Shown piece after piece: positions 36,170-48,500 of a stretch of DNA of 64,000 bases. The translations under genes and the position numbers were made by a program. The notes beneath the pieces are model-generated. The model had not been told where the DNA came from, did not search any database, and saw nothing but the letters and a program-made list of their open reading frames with translations. This DNA comes from Hypanus sabinus (lineage: Eukaryota): positions 3,906,001-3,970,000 of the forward strand of contig NC_082717.1 of the NCBI RefSeq assembly GCF_030144855.1. The letters run 5' to 3'. The first letter of the stretch is position 1, and every line of letters starts with the position of its first letter.

Positions 36170-37255
36170 TGGATGAACTCAGCAGGTCAGGCGGCATCCA
36201 TCGAAAAGAGCAGTCAACATTTTGGGCTGAGACCCTTCATCAGGACTGAAGAAGGAGAGGTCTGGGGCTCTATAAAGAAGATGGGGGGAGGGTGGAAGTT
36301 GCCAGGTGAAAAACCAATCAGGGGAAAGATCAAGGGGTGGGGGAGGGGAAGCAATGAGGGGATAGGCTGGAAAGGTGAAGAAGGAATGTAAGGGGAAAGC
36401 ACTATGGGTAGTAGAAGAAGACAGAACCATGACAGAGGTTTTCCTTCGCTACATTGACGACTACATTGGTGCTGCTTCCTGCACCCATGCAGAGCTTGTC
36501 AATTTCATCGACTTTGCCTTTAACTTTCACCCAGCCCTTAAATTCATGGTCCATCTTGGACACTTCTCTCCCCTTTCTCCATCTCTGGAGACAGACTGTC
36601 CCACTGACATCTTCTATAAACCCTCTGACTCCCGTAACTACCTTGATAATACCTCTTCCCACCCTGCCAAATGTAAAAATGCTATTCCCTATTCCCAGTT
36701 CCTCCGTCTCCACCACATCTGCTCCCAGGATGAGGCTTTCCGTTCCAGAACATCCCAAATGTCCTCTTTCTTTAAGAATCATGGTTTCCTTTCTGCCGTC
36801 ATCAATGATGTCCTCACCCGCATCTCCCCCATTTCCACACTTTGGCCCTCACCCCATCCTCCCGTCAACACAACAGGGACCGTGTTCACCAGTAGTCTCC
36901 AACCCCTTGTATGAACATTGAATTCTCCAACTTCCGGTAATTCCCCACCTCTCCCTTCCCCCATCCCACCTTCACTCTGTCTCCTCTTCTAGCTGCCTAT
37001 CACCTCTCATGACTCTGCCTTCTTCTACTACCCATAGTGATTTCCCCTTAGATTCCTTCTTCACCTCTCCTGCCTATCCCCTCCCTGCTTCCCCTCCCCC
37101 ACCCTTGATCTTTCCTCTGATTGGTTTTTCACCCTCCCCCCACCTTCTTTATAGAGCCGCCCCCTCCCTCTTTAGTCCTGATGAAGGGTCTCAACCCGAA
37201 ACATTGACTGCTCGTTTCCACGGATGCTGCCCGACCTGCTGAGTTCCTCCAGTGT
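36170..37255 (+). mobile_element. Penelope-like element fragment bracketed by inverted repeats
   Basis: RYIDD RT motif and TDIFYKP...YLDNTSSHP...IPYSQFLRL; about 36170-36435 is the reverse complement of about 37003-37255. Confidence 0.85.
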
Positions 37256-40174
37256 GGTGTACGTGCTGATTCATCTGTCCTCCCCTCCCCCATCCATCAT
37301 TTTATTCTGCCGGTTGCCCCCTCCTTTCCAGTCCTGTAAAAGGGTCTCAGCCTGATACATTGACTGCTTTTTCTTCATTTCCATTGTCTGACCTGCTGAG
37401 TTCCTCCAGTGTTTTGTGTGTGCTGCTCTGGATTTCCAGCATCTGCAGAATCTCATGAGTTTATTCATTTCTATAGAGGCTCTCTGACCTGCTGAGTTCC
37501 TCCAGTGTTTTGTGTGTGGCATTGGAGAGTTAAGCTACTTTGTGTATCATGTTGCTAATGTTGTAAAGTCTGTTGGTGTTATACAGTCTGGTCAACTGGT
37601 TCAGTGCAGATGGCCAAAGTATACAAGGGAAAGAAAAGAATGGCAACACAAAATTGGACCTGTTTCAAAAAGACATACAGGTTGGTGTGTTAATTGGTCA
37701 TTGTAAACTGTCCCGTGATTAGGCTCGGGTTGAGTTGTGGGATTGCTGGGTGACATGCTCTGTACACCAATAAATAAAGTTTGACAACTCACCCACCAGT
37801 GATCTGTCAACCAGCTTGTTTTTGGACAGAGAGAGGAAGCCATTGTAACCACAGGGAGAGAAAGCAAACACTACACTGACTGCACTGAAGGTCACGGTTC
37901 AAGCCAGGACACTGGAACGGTGAGGCCGTCGTTCTACTCACTGTGACATTGTGTTGGTTTGTGGGTTGTGAGGTGACTGCTGACACTCTGTCACTGATGG
38001 GGAGGGGCAACTGCTCAGTTCAGGTTGTGTGTTTCTCCCTCTGTTTACACAGACGTTTGTACACTTCCTCTGCATGGACTGACGGTTCTAATTGTCTCTC
38101 TGTCTCCACTTTGACCAGTCAGTCATCTGCCAGTGACTTCCTGGGGGTCAGTGGGGACGCTGCACTTTACCAGGCGGTTTGAGTACATTCTTGATTCTCT
38201 GTCCTTTGTTCGCCTGTAATCTTTACCCATTACAGAGCTCAGAATGGTTTCTCAGAAACACAGGAGATTCTGCAGATGCTGGAGGTCCAGAGTAACACAC
38301 ACAACGAGCTGGGGGAACTAGTGAAATAAAGATGAGAAGCCGTGACTGGGAGCTCGGTGTCTAACCCCCTGCACTGTTATAATGTAGATCAGAGCAATCT
38401 TCAGTAACAACACCTCATCTTCCCATTGGGCACACTGCAGTGTTTGGGACTCTCTGTTAAATTCCACAACTTCCTGCAACTTGATTTCTCAGTCTGTCTC
38501 CATCATTCATCTGTGGTATTGGCTCAGCTTTTTGCTTCACTTTTCCTCTTAGTCTGGCTTTTTTCCCTCTGGGAGTGGGGGACGTGGCCAGCCTAATCTG
38601 CCAGGCATGTCCTCCTCCTCTGCCTTTCACAGCTCCTACATTCTTTTCAGATCATAAAACACTGGAGCAGAATTAGGCCATTCAGCCCATTGAGTCTACT
38701 CTGCCTTTCCATCATGGCTGATTTATTATCCCTCTCAGCCCCATTCTGCTGCCTTCTCCCCGTAACCTTTGACACCCTGATTAATTAAGAGCCTATGAAC
38801 CTCAGTTTTAAAAATACCCAATGACTTGCCCTTCACAGCCGTCTGTGGCAATGAGATCCACAGATTAACAACACTCTTGCTAAAGAAACTGCTCATCTCT
38901 GTTCTAAATGAGCATCCCTCTGTTTTGAGACTGTGTCCTCTGGTCCTCGACTCACTCACTATCCTCTGTATTCTTTTGTTCTCTGTTCTGACTCATTGTC
39001 TAGGAGACGGGAGATCACAGCTGGCCAGGCAGCATCCATGGAGGCTGAAGGATCCTGATCCTGTGCAGCTCTGTCAATGCAGAGGGGAGATACTGGTCTG
39101 TGGAAGAGAGGGCTGGGGGTGAATGTGAGACAACGTCTGGTAGGTGACAGCTGGAACCTGATGAGAAGAAAAGGGATGAACAGATGGAACCAGGTGGAGA
39201 GAAGGAGAGGTGGAGATGGGAGAAGGGTAGAGAGAGAAGAGGAGAGTTGGAAAGGACAGGTGGGGAGAGGGATAGGGTGTGGGGTCTAAGCAGGTGCTAC
39301 ACATTGACCATCAGAGATGGAGGACCTTCATTCTGCCCCAAATGCCAGTGGTGTCATGGGCAGGAAGTGGGTACTGTGAGTAAGTCCACCTTGTCCAGGG
39401 TAGCAGAGGAAAGGAGCACCTTATGCTTCCTTTGGCAGAGATGTATCAACCCCCCCACCCCCACCATCCAGAATATGACAAGGAAAGTAACATGGGAGGA
39501 ATTATGTGTAGATAGAACTTTAATTTAATTTTATTTATTTATTGAGATACAGCATGGAATAAGCCCTTTGGCCCTTTGACCCACACCACCCAGTGATCCC
39601 TGATTTAATCCGAGCCTAATCACAGGATAATTTACACTGACCAATTAACCTGCCAACCGGTGTGTCTTTGGACTGTGGGAAGAAACGGAACACTTGGAGG
39701 AAATCTACACAATCACGGGAATGATGTCCAAACTTCTTTCAACAGCCGGAATTGAACCCACACCACTGGCACTGTAAGGCATTGTAAATTTTTGTGTCAA
39801 CCAAACTTATCAGGAGAAAGTGGTAGGACACCCAGAAGGTTAAGTTTGCATTGTCTGGGTGGAGTGAGAGACGGTAGGAGTATGAAGAGCAGACAGAAAA
39901 GGAGTGGGGTTGGGTTATCAGAAATTGGAAAATTCCATGTCCATATCATTGAGCTATAATATCCAGTCAGGATGCCAGAGTGAAAAGCAATATTCCACAA
40001 AATTGTTGTCAGATGTGTTCATGAAAACCAAAAGATTTAATATCTTATATCTTCATTTAGAAATAATCACATGATAGTTTAAATTAATGAATTTACAGAA
40101 TTGTTGTCCTGGCCCATACATGCTCAATACCTCCAGTACTAGAAATCAGTTTGCATTGTGTGAACTGAACTTAC

Positions 40175-40519
40175 TAATGACAGTGAGCCGGGTTCCGTTC
40201 CCACTGATGTCTCCCCACACTCTGCAGTAATAGTTGGCAGAGTCATTGACCTCGACCTTTGTGACCATCAGGATGAAACTGCTGTTGGAGGAGTCCCTGG
40301 AGGGCTGGAACCTCTCAGTGAAACCTGGTCTCCCTCGTATGCTCTCTCCTGCCTCGTGCGTTAAGACCCACTCCATGTCCTGCCCAGGTCGTCTCCGATA
40401 CCAGTGGACATCAGTGTCTCCCACTCTGGCGTTCTTCATGGCACACCATAACCGTGCCGATTGCCCCTCGGTGACGTGCTCCTGGCTTGGGGACTGGATG
40501 AGGATTGGAAGATTGGCAT
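40175..40519 (-). CDS. Ig V-set exon 3 (VJ type, paralogous to exon 1)
   Basis: Acceptor ttttccctttaaAG and donor GTAAGT; 345 bp, phase 1/1. Translation ANLPILIQSP...ARLWC...VHWYRRRPGQDMEWVL...DSANYYCRVWGDISGNGTRLTVI; 74/114 aa identical to the 57 kb exon by hand count. Confidence 0.92.
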
Positions 40520-41509
40520 CTTTAAAGGGAAAATAGCAATTGCTTTAAAAATCTTTCTGCATAACAATGTCGAAGAGAGTAAACAGATTGAAATACTAAA
40601 TTTGTAGAATTGTTTTAGCTGCACTTTATGATGCAAATGGAAACACTTTGCTGAGAGTTATTAATTGTACAGAAATGACTCTTATCATATTTAAAAGCAT
40701 TAGTGTAGTGTTTATTGTCCTCTGCACAAGTACATATCAGGACAGATGCAATGAAACACTTGCAGTTCAGGCACAGAGCATTGGATAGGCTGCAGTCATG
40801 AGAAAAGCACCAATTATACACAAATTTTAGAAGAAAGAACATAGTTGGAACAAAAATAAAACACAGCTTGTTTTAGTACACGGTGATCAAAATGACCATT
40901 GTCTTGTTAAACTGTAGTGAGTTGGGTTGTGCTGCTTGGTTCAGGAACTCAATGGCTGAGAGGAAATAGCTGTTCTTGAACGTGGTGGTGTGAGTCTTCA
41001 GGCTTCTGTACCTCCTGCCCGATGGTAACAGTGAGGAAGTAGACTGGGAACAGCTGATAGAAGGGAAAACAACATTTGATGGGAGAGGCATTTTAAAAGT
41101 GAGATGCTGGAACTTGAAGGTCAACATCTTCCTGTTGAAGGAAGACTAGTGGGAATTGATAGAAGCTCAATACTGGCTTCAATTAGCTGTCTGGTCGTAT
41201 CATTGTGTGGTACGGATGCTGCAAGGCATCGGACCGCAAACCCTACAGATCTGCCAAGGATCACCCGGGTCTCCCTCCTCCCCATTTGTAACATTTACCA
41301 GGAGTGTTGCAGACCAAGGGCTGAAACATTGTTGAGGATCCCCACCACCCATCCCACAATCTCTTTGTCTCTCTACCGTCAGGATGGAGGTACAGGAGCA
41401 TCAGGACTGGGACAGTCAGACTGGGTAACGGCTTCTTCCCTCAGGCTGTGAGACTAATGGATACCCTGTCACCACTGAGGTCTCATCACCAGGACAGTGA
41501 GCTGTTTAA

Positions 41510-43440
41510 TAGACAATAGATAATAGGTGCAGAAGTAGACCATTTGGCCCTTTGAGCCTGCACCGCCATTTTGAGATCATGGCTGATCAATTACTATCAA
41601 TACCTGGTTCCTGCCTTGTCCCCATCTCCCTTGATTCTCCTATCCATAAGACACCTATCTAGCTCCTTCTTGAAAGCATCCAGAGAATTGGCCTCCACTG
41701 CCTTCCGAGGCAGAGCATTCTACACCCCCACAACTCTCTGGGAGAAGAAGTTTTTCCTTAACTCTGTCCTAAATGACCTACCCCTTATTCTCAAACCATG
41801 CCCTCTGGTACTGGACTCTCCCAGCTTCTGGAACATATTTCCTGCCTCTATCTTGTCCAATCCTTTAATAATCTTATATGTTTCAATCAGATCCCCTCTC
41901 AATCTCCTTAATTCCAGCGTTTACAAGCCCAGTCTCTCTAACCTGTCTGCGTAAGACAGTCTGGACATCCCAGGAATTAACCTCGTGAATCTACGCTGCA
42001 CTTCCTCTACAGCCAGGATGTCCTTCCTTAACCCTGGAGACCAAATCTGTACACAATGCTCCAGGTGTGGTCTCACCAGGGCTCTGTACAAGTGCAAAAG
42101 GATTTCTTTGCTCTTGTACTCAATTCCCCTTGTAACAAAGGCCAACATTCCATTAGCCTTCTTCACTGCCTGTTGCACTTGCTCTTTCACCTTCAGTGAC
42201 TGATGAACAAGTCTCCGAGATCTCTTTGTATTTCTCCCTTATCCAACTCTACACCGTTCAGATAATAATCTGCCTTCCTGTTCTTACTCCCAAAGTGGAT
42301 AACCTCACACTTATTCACATTAAACACCATCTGCCAAGTATCTGCCCACTCACCCAGCCTATCCAAGTCACCCTGAATTCTCCTAACATCCTCATCACAT
42401 GTCACACTGCCACCCAGCTTAGTGTCATCAGCAAACTTGCCAATGTTATTTTCTATGCCTTCATCCAAATCGTTAACGTAACTGATAAACAGCTGTGGTC
42501 CCAATACCAAACCCTGTGGCACCCCACTAGTCACCACCTGCCATTCCGAGAAACACCCATTCACCGCTACCCTTTGCTTTCTATCTGCCAACCAGTTTTC
42601 TACCCATGTCAATGCCTTCCCCCCGATGCCCTGAGCTTTGATTTTACCCACCAATCTTCTATCAAATGCCTTCTGAAAATCGAGGTACACTACATCCACT
42701 GGATCTCCCCTGTCTAACTTCCTGGTTACATCCTCGAAAAACTCCAACAGATTAGTCAAGCATGATTTACTCTTGGTAAATCCATGCTGGCTCGGCCCAA
42801 TCCTATCACTGCTATCTAGATATGCCACTATTTCATCCTTAATAATGGACTCTAGCATCTTTCCCACCACCGATGTCAGGCTGACAGGTCGATAGTTCTC
42901 TATTTTCTCCCTCCCTCCTTTCTTAAAAAGTGGGATAACATTAGCCATTCTCCAATCCTCAGGAACTGATCCTGAATCTAAGGAACATTGGAAAATGATT
43001 ACCAATGCATCCACAATTTCCAGGGTCACCTCCTTTAGTACCCTAGAGTGCAGACCTTCTGGACCTGGGGATTTGTCAGCCTTCAGTCCCATCAGTCTTC
43101 TCATCACCGTTTCCTTCCGAATGTCAATCTGTTTCATTTCCTCTGTTACCCTATGTCCTTGGCCCATCCATGCATCTGGGAGATTGCTTGTGTCTTCCTT
43201 AGTGAAAACAGATCTAAAGTACTCATTAAATTCTTCTGCCATTTCTCTGTTTCCCATAACAGTTTCACCCAATTCATTATTCAAGGGCCCAACATTGGTC
43301 TTCTTTCTCTTCACATACCTAAAAAAGCTTTTGCTATCTTCCTTTATATTCCTGGCTAGCTTGCGTTCGTACCTCATTTTTTCTCCCCGTATTGTCTTTT
43401 TAGTTAAGTTCTGTTGTTCCTTAAAAACTTCCCAATCATT
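41510..43440 (-). mobile_element. 5'-truncated CR1
   Basis: ORF 42193-43443 (RT, FADD) plus C-terminal fragments and an (ATTGTCT)n tail. Confidence 0.92.
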
Positions 43441-43635
43441 CATTAATGTTATCTTGTGCTGGCTACTACCTGCATTCTGAATGATATTTTATTCATGTAT
43501 TGATGGTAATATTTTGGTTTATGTGCTGTGTGATATCTGTTTTGTGGGTGCACCGTGGTCTGGGGGAACAGTGTTTCATCTGGTTGTATCTATGTACAGT
43601 CAGATGACAGTAAACTTGAACTTATACTATTGCTA

Positions 43636-44784
43636 TGTCATAACGGGGGGCGTTGAGACTGGACCCAAATACAGGTCACAGACACTGAAGTACTAGGAAC
43701 AGGATGGGACAAAACTAAAGGACAGGATGGTTGCAGACTAGGCTAGGGAAGAAGGACCGGTATGAGGGATTGGGAACAAGGAGCCTGGGTGTGGACTCCA
43801 AGCCCGAGACTGGACAAGGACCCAGAATCTGGGTCTTGACTCAGCCTCAAACCCCAAACCAGGTGAAGACGTGACAAGGCTTGGGACCTTGGAGTTTGAG
43901 ACTTGATTCTTGGGATCTTGGAGCTCGAGGCTTGAGGCTTGAGACTAGAGGCTGGGGTCTTGATTCTTGGGATCTTGGAGCTCGAGGCTTGAGGCTTGGG
44001 CTCTTGGGGCTTGAATAACTTGGAAGGGAGCTTGAAGGCAGACTAGGAACTGTACATCCACATAGAGCTGAGACTTAACCTTCGACAAGCCGGAACTCAA
44101 CTTTCACTCCACACCAAGGTGGGACAGGACCATCGGTCGGGTAACGGCAGAATGGCCTGACTTACCCGACGGAGGCAAAGACAAGACAGATTTCCCTCGC
44201 AGGGCAACGGCAGAATGGCCTGGCTTACCCCACAGAGACAAGCACTTGACATGACAGATCATCCCACAGGGCAATGGCAGAACAGCTTGACTCACCCCAC
44301 GGGGGAGGAGAGGAAGAGACGAACACCGAAGAACGACAGACAGTTCCACCTCTGGATCGGGGTTGCTCCGAGTCGCAGTTACGGGCACCAACCTTGGCTG
44401 GCTACGGAAACGACCGGATCCCTACCTCGCTCGGAGTGGCTGATGGCCACCCAGCTGGCCCGGGAAACGGCTGAATCCACACCGCAATGACAGCCCCGAC
44501 TACTGGCAGCAAGTCTCCAAGAAGCAATGGTTCTCCAACGCGGCCTAAAGATGGCAAGTGGCCGTTCCAGCCTTCCACCAGCCGTTTGCTCCCAGGGAAA
44601 CTTGACATGATGACCCCCAAACCACACTCAATCCCAGGGCCACTTATATTCCCAGCCAACAAGATGAGCATCAGGTGCTGATGATTAAGTCCAACCGGAA
44701 CAAAAGGCAGCCAGAGGACCCAGAGTCTGGAGTCCACGGACCGGACTGTGAATCGGAATGCGGACTTCGGACCAGACCATGACG
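43636..44784. mobile_element. Probable LTR-derived fragment
   Basis: TGTCAT start, ATGACA/ATGAC ends and internal short tandem duplications; no coding motif recognised. Confidence 0.4.
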
Positions 44785-46859
44785 TGCTAAGGAAAAGGTT
44801 CTTTGGAAGCCAAAAGGTATGAAAGTAGATAAGTAACCTGGATCACATGGTCAACACCCGAGTGTTCTGAAAGAGGTGGCTGAAGAGATGGCGAGGTATT
44901 AGTAATGATCTTTCAAGAATCTCTAGATTCTGGAAAGGTCTGGAATCTGTAAAATTGCAAATGTCACTACATTTATTCCCACTCCTTGCCTCCTGCCAAT
45001 CATCCAATCTTCTACCCATGCTTGTATCTTTCCTGTAATACCATGGGCTCTTATTTTATAAAGCAACCTCATGTGCAGCACCTTGTCAAAGACCTTTTGA
45101 AAATCCAAGGGCATGACATCCACTGGTTCTCCTTTGTCTATCCTGCTTGTTATTTCCTCAGAGAATTCCACAGATTTGTCAGGCAGGATATCCCCTTAAG
45201 AAAACCGTGATGACTTTGGCCTATTTTATCATGTGCCTCCAAGTACCCCAAACCTCATCCTTAATAATGGGTTCCAACATCTCCCCAACCACTGAAGTCA
45301 GGCTAACTGGCCTATAATTTCCTTTCTTTTGCATCCCTCCCTTCTTAAAGAGTGGAGTGACATTTCTGGGCTACTTATCCAAGAAAGGATGTCCTGCCAT
45401 TGGAGAGGGTCGAGAGGAGATTCCTGCGAGGAGTCACAGACAGATTGTTAAACAAACTCTAGTGCCCAGTCTGAGAGATAATATACTAATGTGGACTGTG
45501 GATTGGTTATGAACAGAAAACAGACTATTCAGAACCAGTTTCTGAAACAGAAATGGCCATTTTAGGATTGTGTGACTCTGACTGTTGGGATATCACAGTG
45601 AATTGATCGGTGATGTCAGTGAGAGGACTGTATGATGGATGAAGTTACTGATTGGCAGTGTGTCTATGAGGAGAACGTGGAGAGATTTCAGACAGACAGA
45701 ACAGGTGAGTGAATTGTCAGATGGAAAGAATGAGATTGAAAAGTGTTGGTGTCCAGAGGAACCTGGATGTCCTACTTGTGTAATGAAGGTGATATGTAGG
45801 TATGGTGAGTAAATATGTGATAATCTTCATGGGAAAAGGTTTCAACTACATATTTCTGTCATGATGTGATATCCTGGTGACTGTGGACCTAGAATATTGT
45901 GTTATGGTTCCTTCTGCAGTGTTTCCGTGTGTTCGCAATGCATGGTCTCAAAGTTCTCAATACCATCCTGAATATTGCTTCCTGGGTCATGGGCCAGTGG
46001 TTCCCAGGAGTCAGTGGAAAGCTGCATTTCTTCAGAGAAACTTGCATCCTATATCCTTCTCAAGGAAAAACACTGCCTTCAATATCTCTTTAATATTTGG
46101 CAACAGCCCATAAAATCATTCTAACGTATGAGGAAATTGTGATTATACAAAGAATCAATTCATTTTTAAATTCAGATTAGGATTAACTAACAACCAGACT
46201 GTTCCCAAAAAGCAAATAATGGATCTTGTTTGGAAGGAGGCCATGGATGCTGGAATCTGTCACACAAACCAAACTTGGAAGAAGAAAGCATGCTAAAGGT
46301 TTGTCAGGAGCGTCCGAGGGGCAGGAAGGAATTGCTGACGCTTCGAACTGGGATCCTGTATCAGGACTGAGAGTGCAGAGGGAAGGCGGCCAGAATAAAG
46401 GGATGGAGGGATATGTGAGATGGAGGCCAGAAGGTGATAGAAATCACTACCGGAAATCTTAAACTAAAGCCACATTCAATAGTGCTGCATGGAGGTTGGG
46501 GGTGGAGGGGTTAAACTAGAGTTGCAGAGGGACGGGAAACAGAGTGCCAGAACAGCTAGTGGAGAGGTTGTGGAGACAGATGTTGACAAGACCTCAGACA
46601 AAGTCTGAGCATCAAAAGGCTGAGCATGGTGTGACTAGTGTCCTCAGCTGCATGTATTTATTTGCGAGAAGTATCAGAGGAACGTCAGATGAGCTTAGGG
46701 CATGGATCAACTTACATTGCAGCCATTAGTGAGACTTGGTTGCAGGAGGCGTAGGGTTGGCAGCTTAATATACTGGGTTCTGATATCTTAGACATGACAG
46801 AGTGGGAGGGGTTAAAGGAGAGGTGTTACTACTCAGGTAAACTGTCACAGCAGTGCTCA

Positions 46860-47490
46860 GTCAGGACAGACAACACACACAAGATGCTGGAGGAACTTAG
46901 CAGGCCAGGCAGCATTGATGGAAAAAAGTACAGTCAACACTTCGGTCCAAAACCCAACAGCAGGACTGGAGAAGAAAAGTTGAGAAGTAGATTTAAAAGG
47001 TGGTGGGAGGGAAGAGAGAAACACCGGGTAATTGGTGAAATTTGGAGGGGGAGAGATGAAGTAAGAAGCTGGGAAGTTGATTGGTGAAGAGACAGAGGCC
47101 ATGGAAGAAAGAAAAAGGGGGAGGAGCACCATAGGGAGGTGATGGGCGGCAAGAAAATAAGGTGAAGGAGGGAAATGGAGATGGCAAGTGGTGAAGTTGG
47201 GGGGTTGTGGGGGCATTACCAGAACTTTTAGAAACCGATATGCATGCCATCAAGTTAGAGGCTACCCAAAAAGAATATAAGGTGTTGTTTCATCAGCCTA
47301 AGTGTGGCCTCTTCACGACAGTGGAGGAGGCCATGGATAGACATATCGGAATGGGAATGGGATGTGGAATTAAAATGTGTGGCCACTGGGAGATGGCACT
47401 TGTTTCGGTGGACAGAGTATAGGTGCTCAGTGAAGCGGTTTCTCAATCTACATTGGGTCTCACAAATATACAGGAAGCCACACCAGGAGC
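46860..47490 (-). mobile_element. Penelope-like element 3' end with GIY-YIG endonuclease remnant
   Basis: LYICETQCRLRNRFTEH...PVATHFNS...QHLIFFLGSL. Confidence 0.85.
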
Positions 47491-48152
47491 ACTGAAATTT
47501 AAGGGTGGAACTGAGAAACAAGAAAGGTATGACCATGTTAATGGGGCTTTAGCAAAGACAACCCAACAGCCCTAGGGATTTAGAAGAACAAATTTCCAGA
47601 CAGATCGCAGACTGTTGCAAGAAATATAATGTTGTTACAGTAAGTGATTTTATCTTTCCATGTATTGATTGGAAATACCACACTGTAAAAGGTCTAGATG
47701 GGACAGAGTTTGTCAAACGTGTTCAGGAAAGTTTCCTTCATCTGTATGTCGACGTCCCAATGAGAGAGTGTCTGATACTTGACCTGCTATTAGGGACTGA
47801 GACTGAAGTTTGTGTAGGGGAACACTTTGCATCTAATGATCATAATGCCATTAGTTTCAAGGTAATTATGGAAAAGGATAGGTCTGGTCCAAGGGTTGAG
47901 ATTCAAAATTAGAGAAAGAGAAAAACCTGTTCACCCACAAAATGATTTGCCAAGATTTTCTATATTATTCCAGAGCACTTGTCCTTTCCCACTTTTCTAT
48001 TTCCCAACTGTTACCAGTTTACACTCCAGGGGAAACCATCCGACTCTCTGTTCTACTGGGGACATTACAGAACCCCCTGTGTCTGACAGTCATCGTGTGA
48101 AGGTTGGATACTGAGATGCTGTTATTGTCACTGTAAACTGACGTTGACTTAC

Positions 48153-48500
48153 CAGTTACATTGAGCTGAGTTCCTCCTCCGTAGATGTAATTCCACACAC
48201 TGCAGTTGTACGCTGCAGTGTCACTAATAGATGTGTTGCTGATGGTCAGAATGTAACTGTTATTCACGACATTCCTGTGAGACTGAAAACGGTCAGAGAT
48301 ACCCCCGGACCTGCTCACCGAGTCATTCACAAAGTGACTCAACGCCCACTCGCTCTTGTTCCCAGGGCGCTGGTGGTACCAGTGGACATCGGTGACATTG
48401 ACACTGGCGTTATACAAGGCACAGTGGAGCTGGACAGTTACTCCCTCTGGCACCTTGCTGACCAGTGGATACTGCACAAGGACGGGATCATCTGCAGGAT
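48153..48500 (-). CDS. Ig V-set exon 2 (VJ type, divergent, rich in N-glycosylation sequons)
   Basis: Donor GTAAGT; acceptor acacAG at 48501 (an in-phase alternative at 48492); phase 1/1. Translation PADDPVLVQYP...VQLHCALYNASVNVTDVHWYHQRPG...DRF...DTAAYNCSVWNYIYGGGTQLNVT. Confidence 0.9.

Noticed and set aside
40150-40165. CACAATG heptamer-like word just after the V3 donor (minus strand)
   Set aside because: There is no nonamer at 12 or 23 bp, and it lies in the intron after an already joined J motif, so it is not an RSS.
45902-46048. Acidic 48-codon minus-strand frame DASFSEEMQLSTDSWEP...QKEP*
   Set aside because: The acceptor is weak and phase 0, incompatible with the phase-1 V2 donor; no family was recognised.
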